A DNA stretch of 47,807 bases from Bradymonadia bacterium (GCA_046290225.1 JBKAGE010000012.1:1-47807); one strand, 5' to 3'; shown: positions 18,711-27,128, numbered from the stretch's first letter. Notes: generated by a model from the sequence alone, not told the origin. Program-made: numbers and translations.

Positions 18711-18715
18711 TCATC

Positions 18716-20254
18716 ATGAACAGCCCCGCAACTCGTCCTGCTCCTCAGCGCCTGGATCAAAACGCACCACACGCCGTGGTCATCGGCAGCGGGTTCGGTG
18801 GTCTCGCCGCCGCTGTGCGCCTCGGGGCCCGCGGGTATCGGGTCACGGTGCTCGAAAAGCTCGATGCCCCAGGGGGCCGGGCTTACGTGCACGCTCAGGA
18901 TGGTTTTGTCTTCGACGCCGGGCCTACGGTGGTCACCGCGCCCTTCTTGTTCGAAGAGCTGTGGTCCCTGTGTGGCCGGGAAATGTCCCAAGACATCGAT
19001 ATGCGGCCGGTGACGCCGTTCTATCGAATCCGCTTCGACGACGGCAAAATCTTCGACTACACCGGTGACGCCGAGGCGATGCGTCGGGAGATCAACAAGT
19101 TCAACCCCGACGACGTGAAGGGGTACGAGCGGTTTCTGAAGGCGAGCGAAGAGATCTTCAAGGTGGGCTTCGAGCAGCTGGCTCACGTGCCTTTCGGCTC
19201 GTGGAGCGACATGGCGAAGATCATCCCCGCCATGGTGAAGCTGCAGAGCTACCGTACGGTGTACAGCCTGGTCTCGAAGTACATCAAAGACGAGCGCTTG
19301 CGGCAGGTCTTTAGCTTCCACCCCCTGCTCGTGGGCGGGAACCCGTTCTCCACGACCTCGATCTACACGTTGATCGCATTCCTGGAGCGCAAGTGGGGGG
19401 TGCACTTCCCCATGGGCGGCACCGGCAGCCTGGTGAACGGCTTGGTGAAGCTCATCACCGAGGTGCAGGGGAACACGATCCGCTACAACACCGCCGTGCA
19501 GGAGATCACCGTCGAGGGCAAGCGGGCCACGGGCGTGCGCCTCGCCGATGGTGAGATCATCGAGGCCGACGTGGTGGTGTCGAACGCCGACTCGGCGACG
19601 ACCTACCGCCACATGGTGCCCCCGGAGCACCGCAAGCGCTGGACCGACAAGCGCCTCGACAAGGCCCGCTACAGCATGAGCCTCTTCGTCTGGTACTTCG
19701 GCACCAACCGCAAGTACGACGACATCGCCCACCACACGATCCTGCTGGGCCCCCGGTACAAGGGGCTGCTCACCGACATCTTCAAGCACAAGGTGCTTGC
19801 AGAAGACTTCAGCCTCTACCTGCACCGCCCCACAGCCACTGATCCTTCTCTGGCCCCCGAGGGCTGTGACGGGTTCTATGTGCTCTCGCCGGTGCCTCAC
19901 CTCGACAGCGGGGTGGATTGGTCGACGAAGGCGGAAGAATACCGTCTGGCGGTGAGCCGTTACCTCGAGCAGGCCTGTATGCCGGGCCTGGAAGAGAGCA
20001 TCGTGAGTTCGCGCCTGCTGACGCCTCAGGATTTTCAGGATCGCCTCAGTTCCCTCAAGGGCGCGGCCTTTGGCCTGGAGCCGGTGTTGATCCAGAGCGC
20101 ATGGTTCCGCCCACACAACAAGAGCGAAGAGCTGGACCGCCTCTACCTCGTGGGCGCGGGCACTCACCCTGGCGCCGGCATGCCGGGGGTGTTGTCTTCT
20201 GCTCGGGTCCTCGACACTGTGGTGCCCGATCCCACATCGATTCGTCGTGGCTGA
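18716..20254 (+). CDS. crtI: Phytoene desaturase
   Basis: FAD motif VIGSGFGGLAAA, GGRAY, FDAGPT, HHTILLGPRY, LYLVGAGTHPGAGMPGV. Confidence 0.95.
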   Translation: MNSPATRPAPQRLDQNAPHAVVIGSGFGGLAAAVRLGARGYRVTVLEKLDAPGGRAYVHAQDGFVFDAGPTVVTAPFLFEELWSLCGREMSQDIDMRPVTPFYRIRFDDGKIFDYTGDAEAMRREINKFNPDDVKGYERFLKASEEIFKVGFEQLAHVPFGSWSDMAKIIPAMVKLQSYRTVYSLVSKYIKDERLRQVFSFHPLLVGGNPFSTTSIYTLIAFLERKWGVHFPMGGTGSLVNGLVKLITEVQGNTIRYNTAVQEITVEGKRATGVRLADGEIIEADVVVSNADSATTYRHMVPPEHRKRWTDKRLDKARYSMSLFVWYFGTNRKYDDIAHHTILLGPRYKGLLTDIFKHKVLAEDFSLYLHRPTATDPSLAPEGCDGFYVLSPVPHLDSGVDWSTKAEEYRLAVSRYLEQACMPGLEESIVSSRLLTPQDFQDRLSSLKGAAFGLEPVLIQSAWFRPHNKSEELDRLYLVGAGTHPGAGMPGVLSSARVLDTVVPDPTSIRRG

Positions 20255-21275
20255 GATGCAGGCGCAACCCGAAGGCACACTCCAGCGCGTCATCCCAACG
20301 GACGGCGCGCTGCTGACCGAGCGAGAGTCCACGGCCTGTCAGGCGCTCTTGAGCAAAGGCTCGAAGAGCTTCGCCGCGGCGGCTCTGTTGTTGCCCCGAC
20401 ACATGCGGCAGCCGGCGGCAGCGCTCTATGCGTTTTGTCGGGTGGCCGACGACGCGGTGGACGACGCTGAAGATCCCCGTGAGGGGCTCGCCCTGATGCG
20501 CCGCCGCGTGGCTCAGGCGTATGCGGGCACCCCCGACGATGATCCGGTGGATACGGCGTTTGCCCGAGTGGTGCAGGCGTATGCGATCCCACAAGCGGTG
20601 CCTGAGGCGCTGCTCGAGGGTTTCGCCTGGGACGCGGAGGGCAAGGTCTACGAGACCCTCTCAGATGTGCGGGCATATGGGGTTCGGGTGGCGAGCACGG
20701 TGGGGGTGATGATGACCCTGCTGATGGGCCAGCGCGATCCCGAGGTGCTGGCTCGGGCGTGTGATCTGGGGGTGGCGATGCAGCTCACAAACATCGCCCG
20801 GGATGTGGGAGAAGATGCAGGTATGGGCCGCATCTATCTGCCCCGTGCATGGATGCGTGAGCGGGGCCTTGATCCTGAAAACTGGCTGGCGTCGCCGACC
20901 TTCTCCCCGGAGATCGCATCTATGGTCTCGGCTCTGCTCGACGAGGCCGCTGTGCTGTACCGCCGATCTCGAGCGGGCATTACGGCTCTGCCTCGGGACT
21001 GCCGCCTGGCGATCCGCGCTGCAGAGCTGATCTACGCCGACATCGGTCGTGTGATCCGCCGTCGCGGTCACGACTCGGTGTCGGGGCGGGCATATACATC
21101 GAAGGCCCGCAAGCTCTGGCTGCTGGCCCGGGCATCGACAGCAGCGCTCTGGTGGCGACGCGCCTGTGACGCGCCCCCGTTGGAAGAGGCGAAGATCTTG
21201 ATTGAACCCATGATCCCCGAAGACGCGGCGCTGCACCCTGCGACGCTGGCTCGGGCTGAAGCGGGCGTGAGGTGA
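20247..21275 (+). CDS. crtB: Phytoene synthase
   Basis: GSKSF, LYAFCRVADDAVD, VASTVG, LGVAMQLTNIARDVGEDA..GRIYLP. Confidence 0.95.
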   Translation: MAEMQAQPEGTLQRVIPTDGALLTERESTACQALLSKGSKSFAAAALLLPRHMRQPAAALYAFCRVADDAVDDAEDPREGLALMRRRVAQAYAGTPDDDPVDTAFARVVQAYAIPQAVPEALLEGFAWDAEGKVYETLSDVRAYGVRVASTVGVMMTLLMGQRDPEVLARACDLGVAMQLTNIARDVGEDAGMGRIYLPRAWMRERGLDPENWLASPTFSPEIASMVSALLDEAAVLYRRSRAGITALPRDCRLAIRAAELIYADIGRVIRRRGHDSVSGRAYTSKARKLWLLARASTAALWWRRACDAPPLEEAKILIEPMIPEDAALHPATLARAEAGVR

Positions 21276-22162
21276 CTGGTATGAAGACTGACTTCAAGAC
21301 ACGCGTGGAGCGGGCGGTCACCGCATCGTTGTCCTTCGAATCGGATACGCAATGTCCGCCGATGCTCCTGGAGGCGATGCGCCACGCGGTGCTCTCTGGT
21401 GGGGGTCGGGTCCGCCCGATGTTGTGCATGGCGGTGGCGGCGGCGGAGGGGGGCGCGGAGCCGGCCCTGGTCGATGCTGCGGCGGTGGCGGTGGAGCTCC
21501 TCCACTGCGCGAGCCTGGTGCACGATGACTTGCCCTGTTTCGACGACGCGACGATGCGCCGTGGCCAGCCGACGGTACATCGCCGCTTCGGTGAGCCGAT
21601 GGCGGTGCTGGTGGGCGATGCCCTCATCGTCCGGGCCTTCGAGCTGGTGGCCCGCGCCCCAACGGCTCACCCTCAACGTATGGCCCTGATCATGCGGGAG
21701 ATCGCTGCTGGGGTGGGTGCACCAGGTGGCATCGTGGCGGGTCAGGCCTGGGAGTCTGAGCCTAACGTGGAGCTGACGGCGTATCACCGCGCCAAGACTG
21801 CGGCCCTCTTCGAGTCGGCTGTGGCTGCGGGTGCTGCGGCGGTGGGGGCTGATCCCGACCGCTGGCGCGCCCTGGGTACGCGCCTGGGTGAGGCGTATCA
21901 AGTGGCGGATGATCTCGCCGATGTGCTCTCGTCACCTGATCTGATGGGCAAGCCCACAGGTCAGGATACGTCTCTCCACCGCCCGAGCGCTGTGGGTGAG
22001 CTGGGGGTCGATGGTGCGATCTGCCGCATGAACCAGCTGATCGAAGATACGGTGGCCGCTGTGCCCCCCTGCGCTGGCCGCAATGAGCTGATCAAGCTCG
22101 TCGAGTCCATCGCCACCCGGTTGTTCTCCTCCGCACCTCCAGCCCTCGCAGCGGCCATCTGA
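21272..22162 (+). CDS. crtE: Geranylgeranyl diphosphate synthase
   Basis: GGGRVRP, ASLVHDDLPCFDDATMRRG, KTAALF, AYQVADD, GKPTGQD; GTGA overlap with crtB (alternative ATG 21281). Confidence 0.92.
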   Translation: MTGMKTDFKTRVERAVTASLSFESDTQCPPMLLEAMRHAVLSGGGRVRPMLCMAVAAAEGGAEPALVDAAAVAVELLHCASLVHDDLPCFDDATMRRGQPTVHRRFGEPMAVLVGDALIVRAFELVARAPTAHPQRMALIMREIAAGVGAPGGIVAGQAWESEPNVELTAYHRAKTAALFESAVAAGAAAVGADPDRWRALGTRLGEAYQVADDLADVLSSPDLMGKPTGQDTSLHRPSAVGELGVDGAICRMNQLIEDTVAAVPPCAGRNELIKLVESIATRLFSSAPPALAAAI

Positions 22163-22202
22163 GTTCTCCTCCGCACCTCCAGCCCTCGCAGTGGCCATCT
22201 GA
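22123..22202 (+). repeat. 40-bp tandem duplication of the crtE 3' end including the stop codon
   Basis: 22123-22162 and 22163-22202 differ at one base (GTTCTCCTCCGCACCTCCAGCCCTCGCAGYGGCCATCTGA). Confidence 0.95.
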
Positions 22203-22351
22203 GTGGCGATCCGCGGCGTCTGAGCGGCGCCGCAATCCTCGACGCAGCGCTGGCAGAAGCCTTCGCTGCGCCTGCGGTGTGCGTCACCGCTCAGCCACCA
22301 CGTCTCACCACTCAGCTGGCCACTGCGATGGCCTCCGGTGCTCCGTGGGGC
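22169..22351 (-). repeat. Family B long-hairpin element, copy 1
   Basis: Minus strand begins GCCCCACGGAG, core CCGCAGGCG-hairpin-CGTCGAGGA, ends GGAG; ~50-bp imperfect stem with G-T pairs. Confidence 0.75.
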
Positions 22352-22430
22352 CGGCCTGGTGTGGATTGAGATAGGGTCGTTGGGAGGAGGGGGTGGGGGA
22401 GGACTGGGTTGGGAGAGAAGGTGTGGTGAG

Positions 22431-23171
22431 ATGGGTGATCGATTTCCCATTGTGATCGCGGAGACCCGCTTTGAGACGGTCGAAGACCTCGCCGCCGACA
22501 TTACACGTCGTGGTGAGGACTGTGTTCTGCCAGAGCGAAGCGGCCTCGACCCATGGGACTGGTATGCCCGTTGGATGAGGGAAGACACCTCTGGGAAAAT
22601 TGAGGCAGCAGTGTTGGAGGCGTGCGCCGTGCTGATCGAGCACAGCACCTCTGGCGATGCACTTCACCCAGCGATTCAGCTGACAGGCAGCCGCGGCTCA
22701 CCGGCGACACTCCGCGCCATCATGGATCGCATCGCCTCGGGCAACATGCCCGATGCCCGTTGGTATGGTGATCACGATGCGCTCTCGAAGCGCGCGCTCT
22801 CAACGATCAGCTATGGTGTGCGTACACGCATCCCCGAAGACACGCCCCGTCTCGTCTGGCTGCTCGAGGCTCATGGTGAGTTCTACGCAGCTGCCTCGAT
22901 CCTGCTCACAGGCCCCAACCCTGATCCTGCAGTCATCGACCTTGTTGACCGTTGGGCAAGGTCAATGGACATCCAGCCTGAAGAAGCCAGCGCCCTCGGC
23001 AGCACGGCAAGCTTCTACCCTGATCTCGTGGTGCCCCTTGCTGTGTCTTTGTCCAGAGCAAACGAAGACGCAAAGGCTGCCTTCCAAGCCCAAATCGACG
23101 AGCATCTGCCCGAAAAAGCCCATGCTGTATTCGAAGCCATCAAGCCAGAACACCAACATAAAGAAACGTAA
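22431..23171 (+). CDS. Hypothetical protein (atypical codon usage)
   Basis: 246-aa ORF from ATG 22431; visibly more A/T-ending codons than neighbours; flanked by two family B elements. Confidence 0.65.
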   Translation: MGDRFPIVIAETRFETVEDLAADITRRGEDCVLPERSGLDPWDWYARWMREDTSGKIEAAVLEACAVLIEHSTSGDALHPAIQLTGSRGSPATLRAIMDRIASGNMPDARWYGDHDALSKRALSTISYGVRTRIPEDTPRLVWLLEAHGEFYAAASILLTGPNPDPAVIDLVDRWARSMDIQPEEASALGSTASFYPDLVVPLAVSLSRANEDAKAAFQAQIDEHLPEKAHAVFEAIKPEHQHKET

Positions 23172-23177
23172 AAGACT

Positions 23178-23350
23178 GCCCCGCGGAAGGACGGAGCCGA
23201 CGGGAGTCGGTGATGAATCGGTGAGTTGGTGTGCAGTTGGGGTGATTCACCCGCAGGCGTAAGCCAGCGGCTACGTCGAGGACGGAAGCGCCACAGATGT
23301 GCGCCAAATCGCCGATTCAGCGGTGGCTCACGGCGGCGGAGTCCTGGAGC
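23178..23350 (+). repeat. Family B long-hairpin element, copy 2
   Basis: GCCCCGCGGA...CCGCAGGCG-TAAGCCAGCGGCTA-CGTCGAGGA...GGAGC; aligns end-to-end with the reverse complement of 47463-47632. Confidence 0.8.
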
Positions 23351-23353
23351 CGC

Positions 23354-23950
23354 TCAGCGAAGGCTCATCGCGATGGAGTCCTGGAGCCCAACCTGGAACT
23401 CGTCCTTCAGGCGTTGACGGACGCGGTGGAAGCGGCTCTTCACTGCGGGCATCGACAAGCCAGTCTCGTCACAGATTTGCTGCAGTGACACGCCATCGAC
23501 GAAGCGGCGGGTGAACAGCTCGTACTCACCGTTGCCCTGACTCTTCAGGTACGCCTCGACCTGCTTGAGAACCTCACGGCTCGAGGCGAGGGCCTCTTGC
23601 CGGGCTGGGGCTGAGGTGCCGTTCCGGGGCCACTCGTCACCCACAGGGATGAGTCGATCCGAGCGACGCTTACGGAGGAGGGCCGTGTTGACCACGATGC
23701 GGGAGAGCCAGGACGAGAACGCAGAGGGCTCGCGGAGCTGATGCAGTCTGCGGAGGACCTGCAAGCAGCTTTCCTGTGTCACCTCGACGGCGGCGTCTGG
23801 ATCGCGAGTGAGCTTCATCGCCAGCGCGAAGAGTCGCTCGTAGTGAGCCGAGAGGAGCCGACTCATTGATGCCTTGTCACCGGCCTGAGCCTTGTGAACC
23901 AGCCGGGCTTCGAGCTCGGGCTCGATGACAGGTGCGCGTCGCCTTTTCAT
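23354..23950 (-). CDS. ECF-type sigma-70 factor
   Basis: Region 2 (LVHKAQAGD...DAAVEVTQE...AFSSWLSRIVVN) and region 4 (GVSLQQIC...AVKSRFHRVRQRL); alternative start ATG 23977. Confidence 0.9.
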   Translation of the reverse strand: MKRRRAPVIEPELEARLVHKAQAGDKASMSRLLSAHYERLFALAMKLTRDPDAAVEVTQESCLQVLRRLHQLREPSAFSSWLSRIVVNTALLRKRRSDRLIPVGDEWPRNGTSAPARQEALASSREVLKQVEAYLKSQGNGEYELFTRRFVDGVSLQQICDETGLSMPAVKSRFHRVRQRLKDEFQVGLQDSIAMSLR

Positions 23951-23994
23951 CTCTGCTCTCCCGAATTGGGGACACATGCGAACAACTGAGGCTG

Positions 23995-24023
23995 AGACTA
24001 AGCAGCGTAGAAGGTGATGTCAA
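23995..24023 (-). promoter_or_regulatory. Sigma70-type promoter of the ECF sigma gene
   Basis: Minus strand TTGACA (24023-24018) - N17 - TAGTCT (24000-23995). Confidence 0.7.
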
Positions 24024-24260
24024 ACGTTTGTTTACCTTGTTCAGGGTTGTTTAATTCTGGTTTGATGCATGTTTTTATATTTTGATTCGATTTTGTGTTG
24101 GGTTTATCTGGTTGATTTTGTTTGGGGTTTGTTCTGTGTTTGGCCGGTCCTGAGCAAGGCTCTTAAAAAGCTTATACAGAGCTTTGTTCAATGTTTTTTC
24201 TGGTGAGATACTTAATTTGTTGCCCGTGTATAAGGTTTGTCCGTGAAGGTTGGACAACGA
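24018..24260 (-). promoter_or_regulatory. AT-rich array of CarH-like operator boxes upstream of the ECF sigma gene
   Basis: Minus-strand TAAACA, TGAACA, TAAACA, TTGACA at 10/9/11-bp spacing overlapping the -35; further motifs shared with the crtI upstream region (ACAAACCTTATACA vs ACGAACCTTATGCA; AAGGTTGGACAA vs AAGGTTAGACAA). Confidence 0.55.
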
Positions 24261-24290
24261 TTTCGGAGCAAGGTGTCGGTGGGGGAGATC

Positions 24291-25886
24291 TCAGGGGGTC
24301 GGCGGGGCGGGGAAGGGGAGGGCGCCGTTCTGGGCGGGCGGTGCTGGAGGCGGGGCAGGGAAGGGGAGAGCGCCACCAGGGGCCTTGGGCGCGTCCTGGC
24401 GCTGAGGTGCAGGGAACGGCAAGGCACCCCCGGGCTTGCGCGGTGGCATCATACCTGGGGGCATTGCACCGGGCGGCATGCCGGGGAAGGCTCCGCCGGG
24501 GCCTGGGAGGATGGGCTTGCCATCCGGGCCCGTGGGCATGCTGTCCTCGTTGAACTCGTCGAGCTGCGCCTCGCCACCGAGCCGGGTGATGATGCTGCGC
24601 ATACGGCGTAGAGCAGCCACCTGCTCGTTGTCGGGCTTCTCCCACACCTTGCGCAGCGCCTTGTAGTGCTTGAGCAGCAAACGCTGCCCTACCTCTTGAT
24701 CAGGGATGAGGCCCAACTGTTCAGAGGCCAGCTGAACCGCGTTGGGGTATTTCTGCACCTTGTCGAAGGCCTGCTCCATGAGGCCGGGCCAGGCCTTCTT
24801 GGCCTCTGGCTGGCTGTAGAAGGGCGTCAGATCGGCGATGCGTCCTGCGAGATCGAGAGCCGAATCACCATCAGCCGGGTCTGATGCCAGGACCTCTCGT
24901 GTGCTCTTGAGCAGCAGCTCGAACGCGCTGTTGTCCCCGAGCCGGCGGAGCCCACCACGGCACCCGTGGCTGAGCGGCCCGTTGGGCAGCTGATCTGCAC
25001 ACCAGGTGAGGACCTGAGTGCGCCCCACTGCGCCGGCGAGTTGGATCAACGCGCTGCGCAGTGCCGGATCGCGGGCTTCTGCGTACCAGGCTTCCACCTG
25101 CTCGGGCTTGGGCAAGGTGCATCGCGTACCCACACATCGGGAAAGGGCCGCTGCTGCAGCACGTCGAACTGTGTTCTCTGGGGCCGTGGTGAGCACGTGC
25201 ACGAGAGCTTCGGTCATCGCCGGGCTGGGGTAGTTGGCCATGAAGGTCATGATCGAGAGCCGCTCTTCACCGCTCTGCGCGTGCTTGAGCCGGCCGGCCA
25301 TGGCATTGCTGTATCGCCTCTTTTCTTCAACTGCGTCTTTGCTGTACTGCAACGTACGCAGAGTCAGCTCCAGGATCCGCTGGGCCCCCAACCGGACCAG
25401 TGGATCGTCCGATTCGAGGCGCACGACGGCTGCGTCGGCTCGGGTCTTCAGAGCGACAGGGCCTTTCTCCGGCTCGCGGCTCCAGGCGCCGATGTCCACC
25501 GAGACGCCCTTGATCAGGGTCTTCCAGTCATCACACTCCGTGAGGCGACGCATGGGGCTCATGCTCGGCTGAGGGCACTTCGACAATGCGTCGAGGCCGT
25601 CAATGGTCACCTTGAAGATCGCCGCATCCACCCCCTGAGGAATCGGCACATCTTGACGCTGCACTGTGACGCCGGTGCCGCCGATGACCCTTGCCTTGGC
25701 TGTGGCCTTCTTCACGGGCGTGTGTTGAGCCTTCTGCGCATCTGTGGATGCAGGCGTCTTCTGTGGGTCTTTGGGTGGAGTGTCACCCTTGCCGCACCCG
25801 CTGAGCAGCGCCGCCGACAGACACGCTGTGGCCAGATGGGTGGGGGTGAGGCCAGCGGGCAGACGCTGGAACAAACGGATGATCAT
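24291..25886 (-). CDS. HEAT/alpha-solenoid-like lipoprotein with Pro-rich C-terminal tail
   Basis: Lipobox LLSGC; HEAT-like 'DPLVRLGA', 'NTVRRAAAAAL'; three GALPFPAP repeats. Confidence 0.7.
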   Translation of the reverse strand: MIIRLFQRLPAGLTPTHLATACLSAALLSGCGKGDTPPKDPQKTPASTDAQKAQHTPVKKATAKARVIGGTGVTVQRQDVPIPQGVDAAIFKVTIDGLDALSKCPQPSMSPMRRLTECDDWKTLIKGVSVDIGAWSREPEKGPVALKTRADAAVVRLESDDPLVRLGAQRILELTLRTLQYSKDAVEEKRRYSNAMAGRLKHAQSGEERLSIMTFMANYPSPAMTEALVHVLTTAPENTVRRAAAAALSRCVGTRCTLPKPEQVEAWYAEARDPALRSALIQLAGAVGRTQVLTWCADQLPNGPLSHGCRGGLRRLGDNSAFELLLKSTREVLASDPADGDSALDLAGRIADLTPFYSQPEAKKAWPGLMEQAFDKVQKYPNAVQLASEQLGLIPDQEVGQRLLLKHYKALRKVWEKPDNEQVAALRRMRSIITRLGGEAQLDEFNEDSMPTGPDGKPILPGPGGAFPGMPPGAMPPGMMPPRKPGGALPFPAPQRQDAPKAPGGALPFPAPPPAPPAQNGALPFPAPPTP

Positions 25887-25949
25887 CGGGCATCGCTCCC
25901 ACAGTGTCGTTCGTTGGAGGATAATGCCCGAGACCTCAGGTGACCAGAG

Positions 25950-27128
25950 TCAGGGCGATCTCTCAAGCGCTTGCCGGGCCACAGCGCACCACCAGGCAGC
26001 GCCCACAGGCAGGATCTCGTCGTTGAAGTCGTATTGTGGGTGATGTAGCCCATGGCCCGCGCCGGCGCCGAGCCAGGCATAGCAGCCCGTCCTGGCCTGG
26101 AGCATGAACGCGAAGTCTTCGGCCCCCATGCTCGGTGGTCGGTCACCGATGACCTGGTCTGGTCCGACGACCTTCGCCGCGGCTGCTGCGGCGATGGCCA
26201 CCGCAGAGGGTTGATTCACCGTCGCCGGGTAGCGGCGCTCATAACGCAGATCGCTCTGCACCTCGTGGGCGCCGGCGATGCCGTCGATCAATCGGGCCAT
26301 CTGCTCCGGGATGCGACGGTGCACCTCCGGGTCGAGGGCTCGCACCGTGCCCCGGAGCGTCACCTGCTCCGGGATCACGTTCCAGGTGTGGCCTCCGTGG
26401 ATCTGCGTCACCGTGATCACCGCCGCCTGGAGCGGATCGGTGCGCCGGCTGACGAGGGTCTGCAGGCCAGTGACGATCTGAGCGGCCACCACCATGGGAT
26501 CGAGGCCCAGGTGAGGCATGGCGGCGTGGGCCCCTTTGCCGGTGAGGGTGATCTCGAAGATGTCGAAGGCGGCCATCACCGGCCCGGAGCGGACGGCGAT
26601 CTGGCCTGCAGGGAGCCCGGGCCAGTTGTGCAGGCCAAAGACGAGATCGCAGGGGAAGCGCTCGAAGAGGCCCTCTTTCACCATCTCTGCGCCACCGCCT
26701 TCGTTCTCTTCGGCGGGCTGGAAGATGAAGTGCACGGTGCCCGCGAAGTCGGGTCGCTCGGCGAGGGCGCGCGCAGCACCGAGCAGCATGGCTGTGTGGC
26801 CGTCGTGGCCACAGGCATGCATGCGTCCGTGATGCGTACTGACGTGGTCGAAGTCGTTGCACTCTTCGATGTGCAGCGCGTCCATGTCCGCACGGAGCGC
26901 CACCGCCGAGACGTCTCCCGTGGGCTCGACGTCACCCACGAGGGTGCCCACGACACCTGTACGGGCGATGCCGCTGTGAATCTCGATCCCCGGACAGCTC
27001 TGGAGGACCTCGGCAACGCGCTCTGCGGTGCGGACTTCTTCGAATGCGGTCTCGGGGTGGGCATGCAGGTCACGGCGCCAGCGCGTCATGTCTGAATGCA
27101 AGGCGTGGATATGGTTGGGGATGTGCAT
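25950..27128 (-). CDS. M20D amidohydrolase (hippurate hydrolase-like)
   Basis: RRDLHAHPE, LRADMDAL, MHACGHDGH, FQPAEE, GLHNWPG, MGAEDF, LHHPQYDFND. Confidence 0.92.
   Translation of the reverse strand: MHIPNHIHALHSDMTRWRRDLHAHPETAFEEVRTAERVAEVLQSCPGIEIHSGIARTGVVGTLVGDVEPTGDVSAVALRADMDALHIEECNDFDHVSTHHGRMHACGHDGHTAMLLGAARALAERPDFAGTVHFIFQPAEENEGGGAEMVKEGLFERFPCDLVFGLHNWPGLPAGQIAVRSGPVMAAFDIFEITLTGKGAHAAMPHLGLDPMVVAAQIVTGLQTLVSRRTDPLQAAVITVTQIHGGHTWNVIPEQVTLRGTVRALDPEVHRRIPEQMARLIDGIAGAHEVQSDLRYERRYPATVNQPSAVAIAAAAAAKVVGPDQVIGDRPPSMGAEDFAFMLQARTGCYAWLGAGAGHGLHHPQYDFNDEILPVGAAWWCAVARQALERSP

Noticed and set aside
22123..22202. 40-bp direct repeats as a CRISPR array
   Set aside because: Only two adjacent copies, no spacer, no cas genes
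22169..23350. Family B hairpins as canonical integron attC sites
   Set aside because: No RYYYAAC/GTTRRRY boxes, the flanking copies are inverted rather than direct, and there is no integrase in the window; only the strand asymmetry is attC-like
23980..24260. AT-rich tract as a replication origin or a 60-aa ORF (24075-24257)
   Set aside because: No DnaA boxes or rep/dnaA gene seen; the ORF is low-complexity; a promoter/operator array explains the tract better
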